From: Flaccisagitta enflata
Taxonomy: Eukaryota
Reading direction: 5' to 3'
DNA length: 64,000 nucleotides
NCBI GenBank assembly: GCA_965153355.1
Contig: OZ231126.1
Span: 30,504,001 to 30,568,000 of the forward strand
Shown here: piece after piece, positions 1 through 39,310 of the stretch
Layout: each line of letters begins with the position of its first letter
Position numbering within the stretch: position 1 is the stretch's first letter
Program-made: the position numbers and the translations under genes
The notes under the pieces: generated by a model
Database searches by the model: none
Told to the model about the DNA's origin: nothing
What the model saw: the letters and a program-made list of their open reading frames with translations, nothing else

Positions 1-404
1 AATGGATTCAAGAGACTAATTTACATATTGTAGCCAACTATATTTTTGCAAGACGGTGTTTATAAGATAAGAAAAAGAAACTGATATTTTGTAGCCAACT
101 GCGTAGTGAATGATAATGTTGAAACTTGTGCATGGATAGTTACCACCAATCTAAAAAACAGCTGCAGGGGCATAAATGTCAAAACGCAGAATGAGGCTGC
201 GTTGCAGACTAATCAACTAAGACAAATTTAGTAGTCGCGTGCGGTTGCGCAGGGGCAGGGGCAAAGATGATCAAATTCACAGAGAAACATCGTCGCGGAC
301 AAGCCGACCTATCAAAAATTGGTTTGTAAGAGTCGTGTTCACGCGAGTGAAATGAAGAAAGCTACAAAACTGAAATCTACTCGACCACACAAACGTTAGG
401 GGTG

Positions 405-2163
405 TAAACCGCCCAGATATCATATGAAAATAGCTTACATAAGAATTAGAGTGACCGTGCCTCCCAAGCACCAATCAGAATGAAAATAAGCTTGCTGATA
501 GATAAAATCATGTTCTTCAAGCAAGGTACCTCAGTATCTCACAGTCCCCACTAAAATCTGCCTTTTTCTATGTTTTGAGCACCGTTACTCAAAATGACTC
601 CTTGTTACAAAAACGCTGTCTTTTCACTCCTCAAGTGTGAGAAAATCCCAAGGCTTTGTTGATTATTGTTCTTTAGGCTCATAGAAACCTCTCCTGAATT
701 TTGAAAAAAAATGTGTGCAGTCCAACGTGTAATCAATTTTCCCGTTATTCTAAAATTGCTTTTAGCCATCAAGTGTGACGTAGCATCACCTGGCCCTTTT
801 GCGCAGTACCAGGCTTTGTTTACATCCCCCTTTGCCTTTTTTCTCTAGCTTATCCAGTTAGGAGGGCCTCTAGCGGTTATTTGAGGATTTTTGATGGCTG
901 TTTGATGTACAAAAGACAAACGGCCATAACGTACCGGCAAAACGCGAAAAAGCGCGTATCTTACACTATTTAAACAGCTTGGGGCCCCCAAAAAATTTGG
1001 TCAAAAAGTCAAAATAACATCTCCAAGGGGCAAATGATACTGAGATTAATCATTTTGAACCAAAAAATTAATTATTTTTTGGGTTTAAGGCCAGAATTGC
1101 TTGAAAAACGGCTATGCGCGCACTTGTGTCATTGTTTTTGCTAAGAAATTGGCCTTAAACTGGGGATAAAAGGGCAATTTCCAAAGATTATTAGTATCAG
1201 CAATTCACCTGTGGCCCAGAGAATGTGAAATGCATCAAAAAAGAAAAAAAGAAAAAAAACTGTTTGCAACCTTTCCCTTTAAACAGCTTGGGGCCCTCAA
1301 AAAATTTGGTCAAAAAATCAAAATAACATCTCCAAGGGGCAAATGATACTGAGATTAATCATTTTGAACCAAAAAATTAATTATTTTATGGGTTTAAGGC
1401 CAGAATTGCTTGAAAAACGGCTATGCGCGCAATTGTGTCATTGTTTTTGCTAAGAAATTGGCCTTAAACTGGGGATAAAAGGGCAATTTCCAAAGAGTAT
1501 TAGTATCAGCAATTCACTTGTGGCCCAGAGAATGTGAAATGCATCAAAAAAGAAAAAAAGAAAAAAAACTGTTTGCAACCTTTCCCTTTAAAGGGTTTAA
1601 ACCGCCCAGATATCATATGAAAATAGCTTACATAAGAATTAGAGTGACCGTGCCTCCCAAGCACCAATCAGAATGAAAATTAGCTTGCTGAAAGATAAAA
1701 TCATGTTCTTCAAGCAAGGTACCTCAGTATCTCACAGTCCCCACTAAAATCTGCCTTTTTCTATGTTTTGAGTACCGTTACTCAAAATGACCCCTTGTTA
1801 CAAAAGCGCTGTCTTTTCACTCCTCAAGTGTGAGAAAATCCCAAGGCTTTGTTGATTATTGTTCCTTAGGCTCATAGAAACCTCTCCTGAATTTTGAAAA
1901 AAAATGTGTGCAGTCCTACGTGTAATCAATTTTCCCGTAATTCTAAAATTACTTTTAGCCATCAAGTGTGACGTAGCGTCACCCGGCCCTTTGGCGCAGT
2001 TCCAGGCTTTGTTTACATCCCCCTTTGCCTTTTTTCTCTCGCTTATCCAGTTAGGAGGGCCTCTAGCGGTTATTTGAGGATTTTCGATGGCTGTTTGATG
2101 TACAAAAGACAAACGGCCATAACGTACCGGCAAAACGCGGAAAAACGCGTATCTTACACTATT
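405..2163. repeat. Local segmental duplication A-B-B'-A'
   Basis: A 405-970 is near-identical to A' 1598-2163 (~566 bp). B 969-1277 is near-identical to B' 1278-~1590 (~309 bp). Confidence 0.92.
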
Positions 2164-2240
2164 AGAACTAAAATTCAACGTAGACCAAATACTGATATTG
2201 AGTAAAACACTACGACCATTTAGTTCCATTTGGCCTTAAT

Positions 2241-4132
2241 TTTTGGGCAGCGGCCCCAAAGGGCCGATGTCCTGTAGGACACAGGGGGGAATTTTTGGGC
2301 AGCGGCCCCAAAGGGCCGATGTCCTGTAGGACACAGGGGGGAATTTCGAGACGTCCGTCCGCCCTTCCGTCCGTCCGTCCTTCCTTCCGTCCGTCCGTCC
2401 ATCCGTCCGTCCATCCGTCCGTCCCCCCCCTTGGCCATCGGGGGCCTCAATTTTGCTCTTTTAGGCCTGATTTTGGCCCTCTGAGCCATCAGAATAGGCT
2501 GTATAGCCCTTTCAGACCTCAATTTAGCCCTAGAGACCTTAAATCAGCTCTCCAGACATCATATCTGCCCTCCAGACCTCAAATTAGCCCTCCATACCCC
2601 TAATCCACCCTCCAGGCCTCACATCAGCTCTTTAGGCCTCAAATTTGTCCTCTGGGCCTCAAGCCTGCCCCTCAAACCTCAAATCTACTCTTTAGAACCT
2701 AATTTTGCCTTCGAGGCTTCAAAACCGCCTTCAATGACCTCTATCCATCTTCTCAGACCTAATATACCTCAGGACGTCTCGAAATTCCCCCCTGTGTCCT
2801 ACAGGACATCGGCCCTTTGGGGCCGCTGCCCTGCTCTCTCTCCACTATATCACTTAATCACTCCAAGCAGGGCATCGGGTACCGCTGACCATGTGCGATC
2901 CTTGGATGACTAGTTTTCTGTCCATTCGTCCCCCCTCATCAGGCCCCTCAGGCCTCAAATCTAGCCTCTGAGACCTCAAATCTGGTCTCTCAGGCCTCAA
3001 ATCCAGCCTCTCAGGCCTCAAATCCAGCCTCTCAGGCCTCAAATCCAGCCTCTCAGGCCTCACATCTAGCCTCTCAGGCCTCAATTCCAACCTCTCAGGC
3101 CTCAAACCTGGCCTCTCTGGCCTCAAACCTGGCCTTTCTGGCCTCAAATAAGGCTTCTCAGGCCTCAAACCTGGCTTCTGAGGCAGCAAACCTTGCCTCA
3201 AATCAGCTATCTAAGCCTCAATTTATTGCTATCAGGCTTCAAATCAGTCCTCAGACCTTTCAAGCCTTAATCCAGCTCTCTCAAGCCTCAAGTCAGCCCT
3301 CTCAAGCTTCAGATTGGCATTACCAGGCCTTACATTAGCCTTCTTAGACCTCAGTTTAGGCTCTTGAAGGCCTCTATAGCATCTCATCCACGTCTTCAGG
3401 CAGGACAAGCGAAAGACCCCCGGTGTTCTACAGGACTTTAACCCCTTCGTGGCCGCTGCCCTGCTTCCCCTCACTTCCATTCACAATCACTCAAAGCAGG
3501 GCAACGGGTATCGCTGACCACATACTGCCCTTGGGCAACCTGTTCTCCATCCACCCCCTCAAGCCTCAAGCCTTGAAGCCCAAAATCTAGCCTCGAAGCT
3601 CAAATCTAGCCTTCAAAGCTCAAAATCCAGCTTCCAAACTCAAATTCCAGCCCAAAATTTGGCCTTGAGGCTCAAATCCCAGCCTCAAATTTTACCAGCC
3701 TCAAAATTTAGCCTTGAGGCTCACATACCAGCCTCAAATTTTAGGCTAGAGACTCTAATTCCAGCTTCAAGGCTCAAATCCCAGCCTTGAGGCTCTTATC
3801 CCAGCCTTGTGGCTCAAATCCAAGCCTTGAGGCTCAAATCCCAGTCTCGAGACTCAATTCTCAGCCTTAAATCCCAGCCTCAAGACTCAAATCCCAACCT
3901 TGAGGCTTAAATCCCAACTTTGCGGCTCAAATCCTAGCTTTGAGACTAAAATCCCAACTTCAAGGCTCAAATCCTTGCAGCAAGGCTAAAATTCGAGCCT
4001 CAAGCTTCAAAACTTACTGAGCATAGGTCATAGGCCACTTCGGGGCCGCTGCCCAGGTCACCATCGAACTCGCATACGCAAACACAGGGGCAACGGGTAT
4101 CACTGACCATCTTACGCTTTTGCGACTATTTT
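2241..4132 (+). mobile_element. Cluster of three DINE-1/HINE-like (non-autonomous Helentron-like) elements with central ~21-bp minisatellites
   Basis: The first unit (~2241-2915) has T-run + subterminal repeat GGGCAGCGGCCCCAAAGGGCCGATGTCC, a (GTCC)n microsatellite, central tandem repeats, the inverted subterminal copy, hairpin GCCCTGCT..AGCAGGGC and a T-rich end. Two 5'-truncated units of related subfamilies follow (~2916-3544, ~3545-4132). Confidence 0.7.
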
Positions 4133-4271
4133 CATTAACTAGACAAATTTGCTGTCCAATTTTCAAAGACGTGTTAATCTACGTGGAATAAGTAATTAAC
4201 TGACTTGTTAATTTTTTGAAAAAAGTAAAAAACTGACTTGTAAATATTTTTGGAAATAGTAATAAGCTGAC

Positions 4272-17564
<13,293 letters not shown>

Positions 17565-19511
17565 AATCGAGTCTTTTATTAATACAGGGATGATGAAAAT
17601 TAGAAAGGTTTGTTGAGAGTAACGCCGAAGTCAAAAGGTTTTAGTTAACAGATTATTCTTGTGTATGGATTGATCTATTGACGGAAATGCACCAAAAGTG
17701 CAGTGTTTAGTACTTGGATAATGTAATGTAGCTGTTGCCGAGATGTTTGAAGTATTGGCTAATGTCACAATCTCTTTTCGACGCGAGAACCCAACTCACC
17801 ACCACATTAACAGTGTTACCGCAATGTCTATTGCATTGTGACAAGTTTCTATAGTTGGATGACCTCCCTAACTACCCGGATTACCTTGCCAAACCATTTT
17901 TTGTGACTACCCCTACCCCTAGGGGGCCTAAGAATTAGGTCAAATTGGCCACATTGGCATGTCCGGATTTTGTCCGGACAAGCAAATAACAAGCAAAACC
18001 TATCAAAAAATAGATTATCTGATCATTTCTCAGCTTTTAATCAGTTATCATCAATCCGATGTGATGTACAAAAAATTTCATCCTACTGCGCAAATGCTAA
18101 GTTGTTCAAAAATTGTATTATCATCAAATTTTGATCCTACCAATTTTTTTGCTATTTCATGGCAAAATCTCAGTATGCCTATTATCTTTTTCTAAAACTC
18201 TATAAATTCTCAAAGTTAATCACTTTTCAGGTTTCTACCTAATAGAGGACTACTTGAAGGTCATACGCTCCAAATTTCATGCCACTGTGACACCCCAATC
18301 CCCCATAATGACACTTTTCTTCAAGCGTGATTATTCCGCACACCCCCCCAGCTCTTCTGTCACGCTCATGTCACGCTTTAAGTCTGTCACTGTCACGCCA
18401 TTGTGAAACTGATGATGGAAATTTGGATAACATGATGAGAAAGAGCATGAAATTTTGTATTTACACTGAAAATTTCAGGTCTTAACTCCCAGGCATTCAG
18501 CCATAATGAAATTTTCAATGTGATTGGTCAGTAAATTGTTGCAGAATAATCACGCTTCAAGATGGATCTTCGCAGTTAATTCTTTGTTATCGGCGCATGT
18601 ATGCACTTACAGCAAAATGGTAAACCAAAAAAATCATGAAATGCCCATATCTTGGAAACCCTTTGAGAGAGACAAAAGATTTTTTGCATGGATCAATACT
18701 GTACTGGAACTATTACAAACAGAGCATTTGGTGCATCTGGGACACAACTAACCAACCCAACCGGCCCAACCAGCCTACCACCCAAAAATTAAAAAAAATG
18801 GCATAACTTCTAAAATATTTGTCCAATTTGGCTGAAATTTTGCACAGTGGTTCTTTTAGAGAGTGCCTACTTAAATTAATCGTTGCCGAAAGATTCAGTA
18901 AATTTTTGCCAACTGGCCCAACCAGCCAAAAAAGCTGCTTATAGAGAATTTTCAAAAAAAATTGAAATCTTAATTTTTTCCAGCAGAATCGGGTCTGATT
19001 GAATTCTTGAACTGTGATTTTGTAAAATATTCCCATTTTTTTGGTTTTGCTGACTTTAACAACTCAATTTTTGCTTATTTTCGATCATTATTTGTTGCAT
19101 TTCAGCCTAATTTACATGAAAATCAAGGATCAGTAACAAAATTCAGTTTTTGAACCATGTTCATATTGACATAAGCTATCTGATTATGAATGTTTTTGTC
19201 AAATTTTCTTTATTTTGAAATTGACCTATTTGGCCATCTCTCAAAAAGGAGATTATAGAAACAGCCTATTAGATATATAAAGAAATGATGAATGATATTT
19301 TACAAAGGTAAACGAATTTTGTCGCAGATAATTGCTGGTAAAAGCTATTGTTATGCTGTACGCAGGTTCCGCGATTGTTTGAGCGTGTTCTATGGTAACG
19401 GAGTGTATCCGACCAATCAGAGCGCGTCTCAGCGAACTCTCAAAAAGTTAAAGAAGGGAGCGAGAAAGACCAACATGTTCTTATTCAATTAATGTAGTAC
19501 ATGTACATGTA

Positions 19512-20278
19512 CAGGGAGTACCACGCCAAACAGGACAAAAGAAAACGATGTATCTTTGCTTCTAGAAATGGTAGAATGATTCTGTAAACAGGTTCAGAAA
19601 GCTCTTAAAAAACGATTTTTATATCTGTATTTTGCCAAAGGCTCATTAAGAAAACTGAATCCCTTTGTATTGTTTAAAGCAAAGTATAGTTTTTACTTTT
19701 AGTTTTTGCTTGTTTTGTTGTATATTGACAAGCATCTTTTTATCCTACTCTCATTTCCAAACAAATGGTGCTACAATCCTGGCAATGGTCTTGAATTAAA
19801 GATATTGTGAGGTAGAATCATACCTCTGCAAAAAATGAGAAAATTGTACAATATTGGTTAGGTCCAGAGACTTTTTTGTAAGTTTCATTACAAAAAAGTT
19901 TTATGTGCATTGATAAAAATTTCAATAACTATATTGAATGATACAATTTTGACAAAGGTCATGAGGGAATCCCAATCTTCAGTGTCCTAGCGTAACTGAC
20001 AAACATTTCTGACCATTTTTTGTCGTCTATATGTGAATATGACTTGAAAAATCTAAGGAAAAACCTTGAATTTGGATAGAAATTAGCATTTTTTGCTAAA
20101 AAAAGGCATTTTTTCATGGTTTTGCTGAGGATATATGTTAACCATGACTAGCAAAAGTCTGTATCATTCAAAAATCGTCTGAAGTTATCTTTTAGAAACA
20201 GTTTTCAGAAATGATTTTGCACTTCTAGAAGCAAAAATACATCGTTTTCTTTTGTCCTGTTTGATGTGATACACCCTG
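19512..20278. mobile_element. Tc1/mariner-like MITE (TA TSD)
   Basis: ~55-bp imperfect TIRs CAGGGAGTACCACGCCAAACAGGACAAAAGAAAACGATGTAT.. / ..ATACATCGTTTTCTTTTGTCCTGTTTGATGTGATACACCCTG flanked by TA, in a TACATGTA context. Confidence 0.85.
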
Positions 20279-20376
20279 TACATGTAATAGACATTCTCAG
20301 GGCAAATGGCTCTACGAGGATTAAACTGAAATGGTGCATGTATGACAGAGGACAAGGGAAATACAGTGTTTCATGT

Positions 20377-21585
20377 AATAGCAAAAGCGTTATATGATCA
20401 GCGGTACCCTTGCCCTGCCTAAGTGAGTTGTGGTTCAAGTTGAAAGGGGAGCAGGGCAGCGGCCCTCAAGGGGTCTATGACCTATGCTTTCACACATATG
20501 GGGGATTTTTTCCTTCTCTGACTTTTCCCCTCTGACTTTTTCCTTCTCTGACTTTTCCCCTCTGACTCAGATCCTAGCCTCAAGGCCCAAATCCCAGCCT
20601 TGAAGCCCACATCCCAACCTCAAGGCTCAAATCCCAGCCTTGAGGCCCAAATCCCAGCCCTGATGGTTTCATGGATGGGATTTGTACCTCGAGGCTGAAA
20701 TTTGAGCCTCAAGGTTAGACTGCGGGCCTCAAGGCTGCGATTTGGGCCTCAAGGTTGGGATTTGGGCCTCAAGTCTGGGATTTAGGCCTCAAAGATGAGT
20801 TTTGGGCCTCAAGGCTGGCATTTGAGCCTCAAGGCTGGGATTTAGGCCTCAAGGCTGGGATTTGGGCCTCAAGGCTGGGATTCGAGTCTCAAGCCTAGGA
20901 TTCGAGTCTCAAGCCTGGAATTTGGGCCTCGAGGCTAGGATCTGAGTCAGAAGGGGGGTATAACAGGTCGCCCAAGGGCAATATGAGGTTAGTGATACCC
21001 GTTGCCCTGCTTTGCATGGTTGTAAATTGAAATGAGAGGCAGGGCAGCGGCCCCAAAGGAGACGAAGTCCTGTAGAACACAGGGGGACTTTCGTTTTTCC
21101 GTCCGTCCGCCCCCCAGGCCCTCTCAGGCCTGAAATCTGCCCTCTCAGGCCTAAAATCTGCCCTCTCAGGCCTAAAATCTGCCCTCTCAGGCCTGAAATC
21201 TGCCCTCTCAGGCCGTGAATCTGAGGAGCAGATTTCAGGGCTGGGAGGGCAGATTTAAGGCCTGAGAGGACAGGTAACAGGCCAGAAAGGGCAATTTTCA
21301 GGCCTGAGAGGGAAGATTCAAGGCCTGAGATGGCAGATTTCAGGCCTGACAGGGCAGATTTCAGGCCTGAGAGGGCAGATTTTAGGCCTGAGAGGGCAGA
21401 TTGCAGGCCTGAGAGGGCCTTGGGGGGACGCACGGACGAACGGACGAACAAACGGACGGACGAACGAAAGTCCCCCTGTGTTCTACAGGACTTCATCCCA
21501 TTCGGGGCCGCTGCCCAAAACGGAAAAATCCCCCATATGTGTGAAAGCATAGGTCATCGATTCCTTCGGGGCCGCTGCCCAAAAA
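20377..21585 (-). mobile_element. HINE-like element (TAGTCGCAAAAGCG type) interrupted by a second subfamily copy (~20961-21520)
   Basis: The outer element resumes at 21521 with its terminal ..cccccatatgtgtgaaagcataggtcatcg..ggggccgctgcccaaaaa. The inner copy has its own inverted subterminal repeats and AGGCCTGAGAGGGCAGATTT repeats. Confidence 0.68.
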
Positions 21586-22841
21586 GTAGGTCGAAGGAAT
21601 GATTCCCAAATCGGGTGCGGATGGAGCATGGATAGGGGTAGTGATAACCAAAGCTAACCACCATTTTACGCCGAATAGCAAAGTTTACGAATGCATGGAC
21701 GGACGCACCCGCTAATAGGGCATGCCCGCCTTTAAGGCATGTAACCTACTGTCCCATGAGAGACTTTGTAGTTGTTTCTTAATTGGTAATAAGGCAGCTT
21801 CATTATAAGGCATTCTTTTGTTCAATCCCTTGAAATGCGCTCTAGCGAAGATCAACTGTAATTCGTAATTTTAATTGGTTAAGAACATTTTCAATCTAAA
21901 TTAAAGCCCTTCTTGGGGACCTCGCCTGTTAAATCATAAACAATTGAACATTTTGTAAGGAAAAAGAATCATGGATAATCTGGCTCATTGTCGTATGCTA
22001 TAAGGCTCTCTCAGCTCCAAAGATCTCTGACTCTATGAGAGGTTTTGTCCGTCAGTCCATCCGACCGTCCGTCCGTCAGTTGGGTTGTTGATGTTTGAGT
22101 TAAGAAATGGTCAATAGACGAAAAATCTTTGTCTGTAGTGTTGACAGATGTTGACAGATAGTTAATCTTTTTTGTAATATAGCCGACACATCGTTTTACC
22201 CAGGGGTACTGGTTTATAAGCTCTATTATCTCTGTCCCTGCCTTTATTTCGCACATTGTGTAATCGATATATTGATGAGATGAGATCGAGATGACTGACA
22301 TGGACTCTAAATCGACACCTTTGACTTTGCAGTAGATTTGTTAAGAGAAGGTCAACAAACTAAAGTGGATAGAGAAATTTCTTTCAAAAAAGTCATTTTC
22401 TTGAAAGAAATTGTCAAAAGATCGCTTATCGCTTATCATGTAACCTAAATTTTGCCTAATATGCGCGATGTTGCGCAATCAATTAGCCAGTTACTTTTTT
22501 TCCTCCCCCATTAGCTTATCTTTTGTATCCTTTTTTTTTTTTTTTTTTTTTTGTTATTGTCCTTTTTTTTCTTTTTCTTTCTTTTTTCATTCTTTTTCTT
22601 TCTTTTTTCCTTTCTTTTTCTTTGTTTTTTCTTCCTCTCTTTCTTTCTTCCTTTTTTTCTTTCTTTTTTTCGTTCTTTCGTTCTGGGTAGGTATCACCAC
22701 TAGGAAAATCGAACTGCTGAGAATTTTTCAAAAAATTAATTCCTACCAGTGGGATGAAAAAATCATCCCACTGGTGAGAATTTTCTTTTTTACAAATTCT
22801 CACCAATGAAAAGAATTAAATTCTCACCAGTGGGAAAGAGA

Positions 22842-24310
<1,469 letters not shown>

Positions 24311-24333
24311 GGAGAGAAGGAGAGAAGAAGAGA

Positions 24334-24399
<66 letters not shown>

Positions 24400-25450
24400 T
24401 ACAGACAAGAAACAGAAAAAAGAAAAAGAAAAAAAATCAGTAAAAAATGGTATCAAAGCCCCTTCCCACAGAACAAAAAATGATGAAAATGGTAGATTCA
24501 TTTTGCGCCAAAGCATGTGTAGTGTGTCTGTTATTCTATTCATTCATACAATATCTATCCTGGTGGATGTATAACCCTAAATGGCATTGTTAAGATTCTC
24601 TGAGATCAAAGGAAAAATTCCAAATCACGGGAACACCCCCATAAAGAAGAAGCTATAAAAATCCATTTCCAAGACTCATAATCAAAATCATTGTTTTGAG
24701 ATCCAAACCCCAGCAATAACGTCTAAATTTCATGTTTTAGGCTACAATCACACATATCTTTAAATTCAGCCAATACGTAGAGTCAAAATTTTCACTGAAA
24801 CGGTCGCTGCATCAATGGTTTTTTGTTGTGGACTAGTGACTCTATAAGAGGATTTGTCTGTCTGTCTGTCGGTCCGCTGGTCCTTCCATTGTTCTATCTG
24901 GGGTCATCAAGTTGGAAATTGTGAAAACAGGCATTTCCACTTCTGCTTATTCATCCGGGACTGGTATTGGCCATGTATCCGGCCTTGTTTCTTGGTAAAA
25001 GGTCAAAGGTTTACATATATACATATATACATATATACATATATACATATATACATATGCTTTTGTGTTTTGCATCTCCCAATCTACAGCCTAAAATAAA
25101 GCGTAAAAGATTTGATCCTGACCTTGGGTCTCATGTCTCCTTTTAAACTATGATCCTGACATGAAAACATTGAAAGTAGGCCCTTTCCTCCGTCTTCCTC
25201 CCCTTTCCTCCCCCTTCTTCCATTTCCTCCATTTTCTTCCCACTGGTGAGAATTTCTTCTCATAAAATTTATCACCAGTGCGAAATATTTTTTTCTTACC
25301 AGTGGGATGAATTTTCTTTCCCACTGGTGAGAATTTGATTTCATCCCACTGGTGAGAAAAAAATCCTTCCCACTGGAGAGAATTCCCCTTCGTTCTTTCT
25401 TTCTTTCGTTCTATCTTTCTTTTTTTTTCTGTCTTTCTTTTTTCTTTCAT

Positions 25451-25540
<90 letters not shown>

Positions 25541-25684
25541 TTTCTTTCTTTCTTTCTTCTCTCTTTCTTTCGTTCTTTATTTCTTTTTTCTTTCTTTTTT
25601 TCTTTCTTATTTTCTTTCTTTCGTTCTATCTTTCGTTCTTTATTTCTTTTTTCTTTCTTTTTTTTCTTTCTTTCTTTCTTTCGT

Positions 25685-25756
<72 letters not shown>

Positions 25757-26015
25757 TATTTCTTTCTTTCTTTATTTCTTTCTTTCTTTTTTTTCTTTCT
25801 TTGTTTTTTTCCCTTTTCCATTTTTTTGATGCGTCCTCGCATTTCTCTAAGAGGGCGTGTTAGTCCGTCCGTCCATCTCTCCGGAGGAAGGTCCATAACG
25901 TGAAATTTCTCTTCATTGATTCATTTCTCCTTTTTTTATCTTTATATCATATACCTAAAGAGGACGCATCTAATAGTCATCTCTTACTCATTCTCTCAGC
26001 TATCTGGCGCGAACA

Positions 26016-26112
<97 letters not shown>

Positions 26113-26533
26113 GCAAACAAACAAACAAACAAACAAACAAACAAACAAACAAACAAACAAACAAACAAACACACACCTGTAACTTGTATTCACGTGTTTT
26201 TCCTGCGACTTTACGTAAGCACTTGAAAGGGAGATAACAGAAAGCTTTAAAAATTTGACTCAACAGATAAAAAACATTTTGATGGGCTCAAAGTCTTTGG
26301 CATCAAGAATCACGAGATTTAGAAAAATGAATAAAAAGACCAAGAAATCAGATCCACCTCCTTATTACCTCTCACCGACCTGAAGAGAGAGAGGAGACAA
26401 TTAAGAAGCGCCTCTCCTATTCAAACTTTGGAGGACGAAACCCAAAAAATCAAAACCGGTTTTAAGAAACTTTATTCGGAAATTCCAAAAAAACATTTGA
26501 ATTTCAAAAAACTCCCAAGAAAAGTGGCTTAAA

Positions 26534-37045
<10,512 letters not shown>

Positions 37046-38598
37046 AGAGCTCATTTCCCTACGGCGTGTGAACATGAATAAAGAGCGAGTATGTATGTAA
37101 GCGAGCATGCAAGCGAGCGAGCATACAAGCGAGCGAGCGCGCGTGCAAAAACGATGACAAGTTCGTTGCACTTGCAAGTCGAACAAATGCAAACAAAAAT
37201 CTTTTATTTAGGTGTTACTATAACACCTAAACCTCAATGTGTTTATCATAATTTCAATAACCATTAAAGCCCATGTAACGCGGTTTAATCGTTTTTTCTT
37301 TCGTTGTATCCATTCTTTTTTTATTGACATTTCATAGCCCTTCCTTGACACATTCTCTTACCAATCTCACCTCAATCGACTGAATTGAATAAACTGTTTT
37401 GTTAAACCTTGTGATCTTCATAAACCTAATGCTAATTGTAATCCTGACTGTCAAGGAAGTGAATGGGGTGTAACAGTGAATGAAAAGTTGAATACTGAGG
37501 AAATAAATGATAGAAAATGATGCCATTATCAATGGTACCAAAATGGCGTCGACAAAAATGACTTTTTGTTAGATTTTGGAGTGCGGCGGAGAAAAGCGAA
37601 GAGCTTAACTGACATCTTTCGTCCAAGAACGTCAAACAATCTAACGGAGAATATACTAAATTGAAAACAAAAGACACCTTTAGCCCTATCCAGCCCCACT
37701 GAATGACTACATAATAATTTGAGATAATAAACGTTACCTGACTGTATGGCTGCGGCTATCTGGTTCACTTTCAGCCAACGAGACAACTGACAAGGAGTTT
37801 GGTTCGCAAACTTACTACTCTACAAGTGATTGTGTCTGTCCATTGGCCCGTCGGTTGGTCAGAAAGTGGGCTTGGCTGAGAAATTCTCTGATGTGCTCAA
37901 AAAGAAAGGTAGCGACAATTATGTGACAAACGCATTCTATTTGAAATTAACCGGTAATCCCGATTTAGGCGTCCGCATGAGAGATATTGAACCACAAAAT
38001 TTAACCGAGGTCGAGGATAGACAAATTGAAATTCGCTATATCAATTAGACTTTTTTTAATTTATAAGCACCAAGTTTATAAGCACGCCCAGCCTGAAATA
38101 TTTGAAAAATCTAAGCACAATGTTAAGCACGCTCCAGGCTGAGAATTTCCATTAAAAAAAATTTGGTGAAACGAGTTAAAATGTAAAAACAATATTGATA
38201 TAAAAATCTTGTAATTCTTTGTTTGAATTTTTTAGAAAATAATAATTATTTCAATAATCAGAATTTCCACTTTAAAATGATTTCCGTAGGTTCCCATTTT
38301 AATACTTCAGTTTGTAAAAATACCTATGATCAGGCCCAACCTTCAATATATTCAGGATTTTGATATAGATAAAATGATTTAGTTTCATGAAATTTTTTAG
38401 AAAACATTTCTTATGATATCTGATTACATTGATCTGATGCTTTGGTATGATTGTTAATTATAATCTATGTCTGAAACAAATTATAAGTAAGCTCTATATA
38501 AGAATAATTTATCATAATATTGATTATTATCTAAAAAAAGTTTTTATTAAATCAAGATACTAACATATCAATGAAAGATAATGTTAATATTCTATACT

Positions 38599-38862
38599 GA
38601 ATATATGCTTTACTGTATGAAATGTGCAACAAAAAGTATCTTATAAAAAATTTTTGAAGAAAAATGTTTTTCAAAATGAAAATGAAAATAAAAATAAACA
38701 AAACATTCAAAAGTTACTTATTCCTGTATAGTATATGCTTCCACTCATATACTCACCTATCCAATTTTAGGTACGACCTAATTTTAGTGGTTATTGAATA
38801 TCAAAACCTTTGGATAAGTGATTTTTATGCAGAAAACAAGACTTTTGTCTTACAATTAAACA
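38599..38862. repeat. Left copy of ~250-bp direct repeat flanking the PLE
   Basis: gaatatatg...atgaaatgtgcaacaaaaagtatc...tacaattaaaca recurs at ~42400-42647 with about a dozen differences, including small indels. Confidence 0.9.
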
Positions 38863-39195
38863 AAAAATTTTTCATGTATGCTATTGGGTTAGGGGATAAA
38901 AGTTAGCGCTGACTTCTGGCATTGACTGGGATAATCAATTCAGCAAGAGTTACATCTAATTGAAAAAAAGGAACTATGGGTGTCCGACGTCCTAGTGGCT
39001 ACCCTTCCTCTCAATTAAACAAAGGGGGTGGGACTTTGGACAATTTATACTAAATGTTTGTTAAAGGGAAATCTCAGTGATTGGAGGAAAGGGAATTCAT
39101 CTTCAAAGAAGATATATCATGGGATGATAGGTCACCATGAAGGGTAAAATTTACTTTCCCATATTTAGAAAAAAATCCAAGTTTTTGAATATTTT

Positions 39196-39310
39196 ACTAT
39201 ATCCAGTTTCTGGTCATCAGTTGGAGACCTGCACCCTAAAGTGAGTTTTGGTCCTTTAACTCCAATACTCAGGTGCAGGCGGACCCACCAAAAGGTGCCT
39301 TCGCTGGATA
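39196..39310 (-). ncRNA. Candidate structured RNA with hammerhead-like core in the PLE 3' UTR
   Basis: The minus strand reads UAUCCAG..CACC-UUUU-GGUG-GGUCC-G-CCUGCACC-UGAGU-A-UUGGAG-UUAAA-GGACC-AAA-ACUCA-..GGUGCAGG-U-CUCCAA-CUGAUGA-CCA-GAAAC-UGGAUA. It contains six complementary pairs of segments plus CUGAUGA/GAAA. PLEs are known to carry hammerheads, but the topology here is not canonical. Confidence 0.45.

Noticed and set aside
39190-39206. GAUAUAGU resembling the group I intron S element
   Set aside because: There is no matching R element or P7 partner, nor other group I core sequences nearby.
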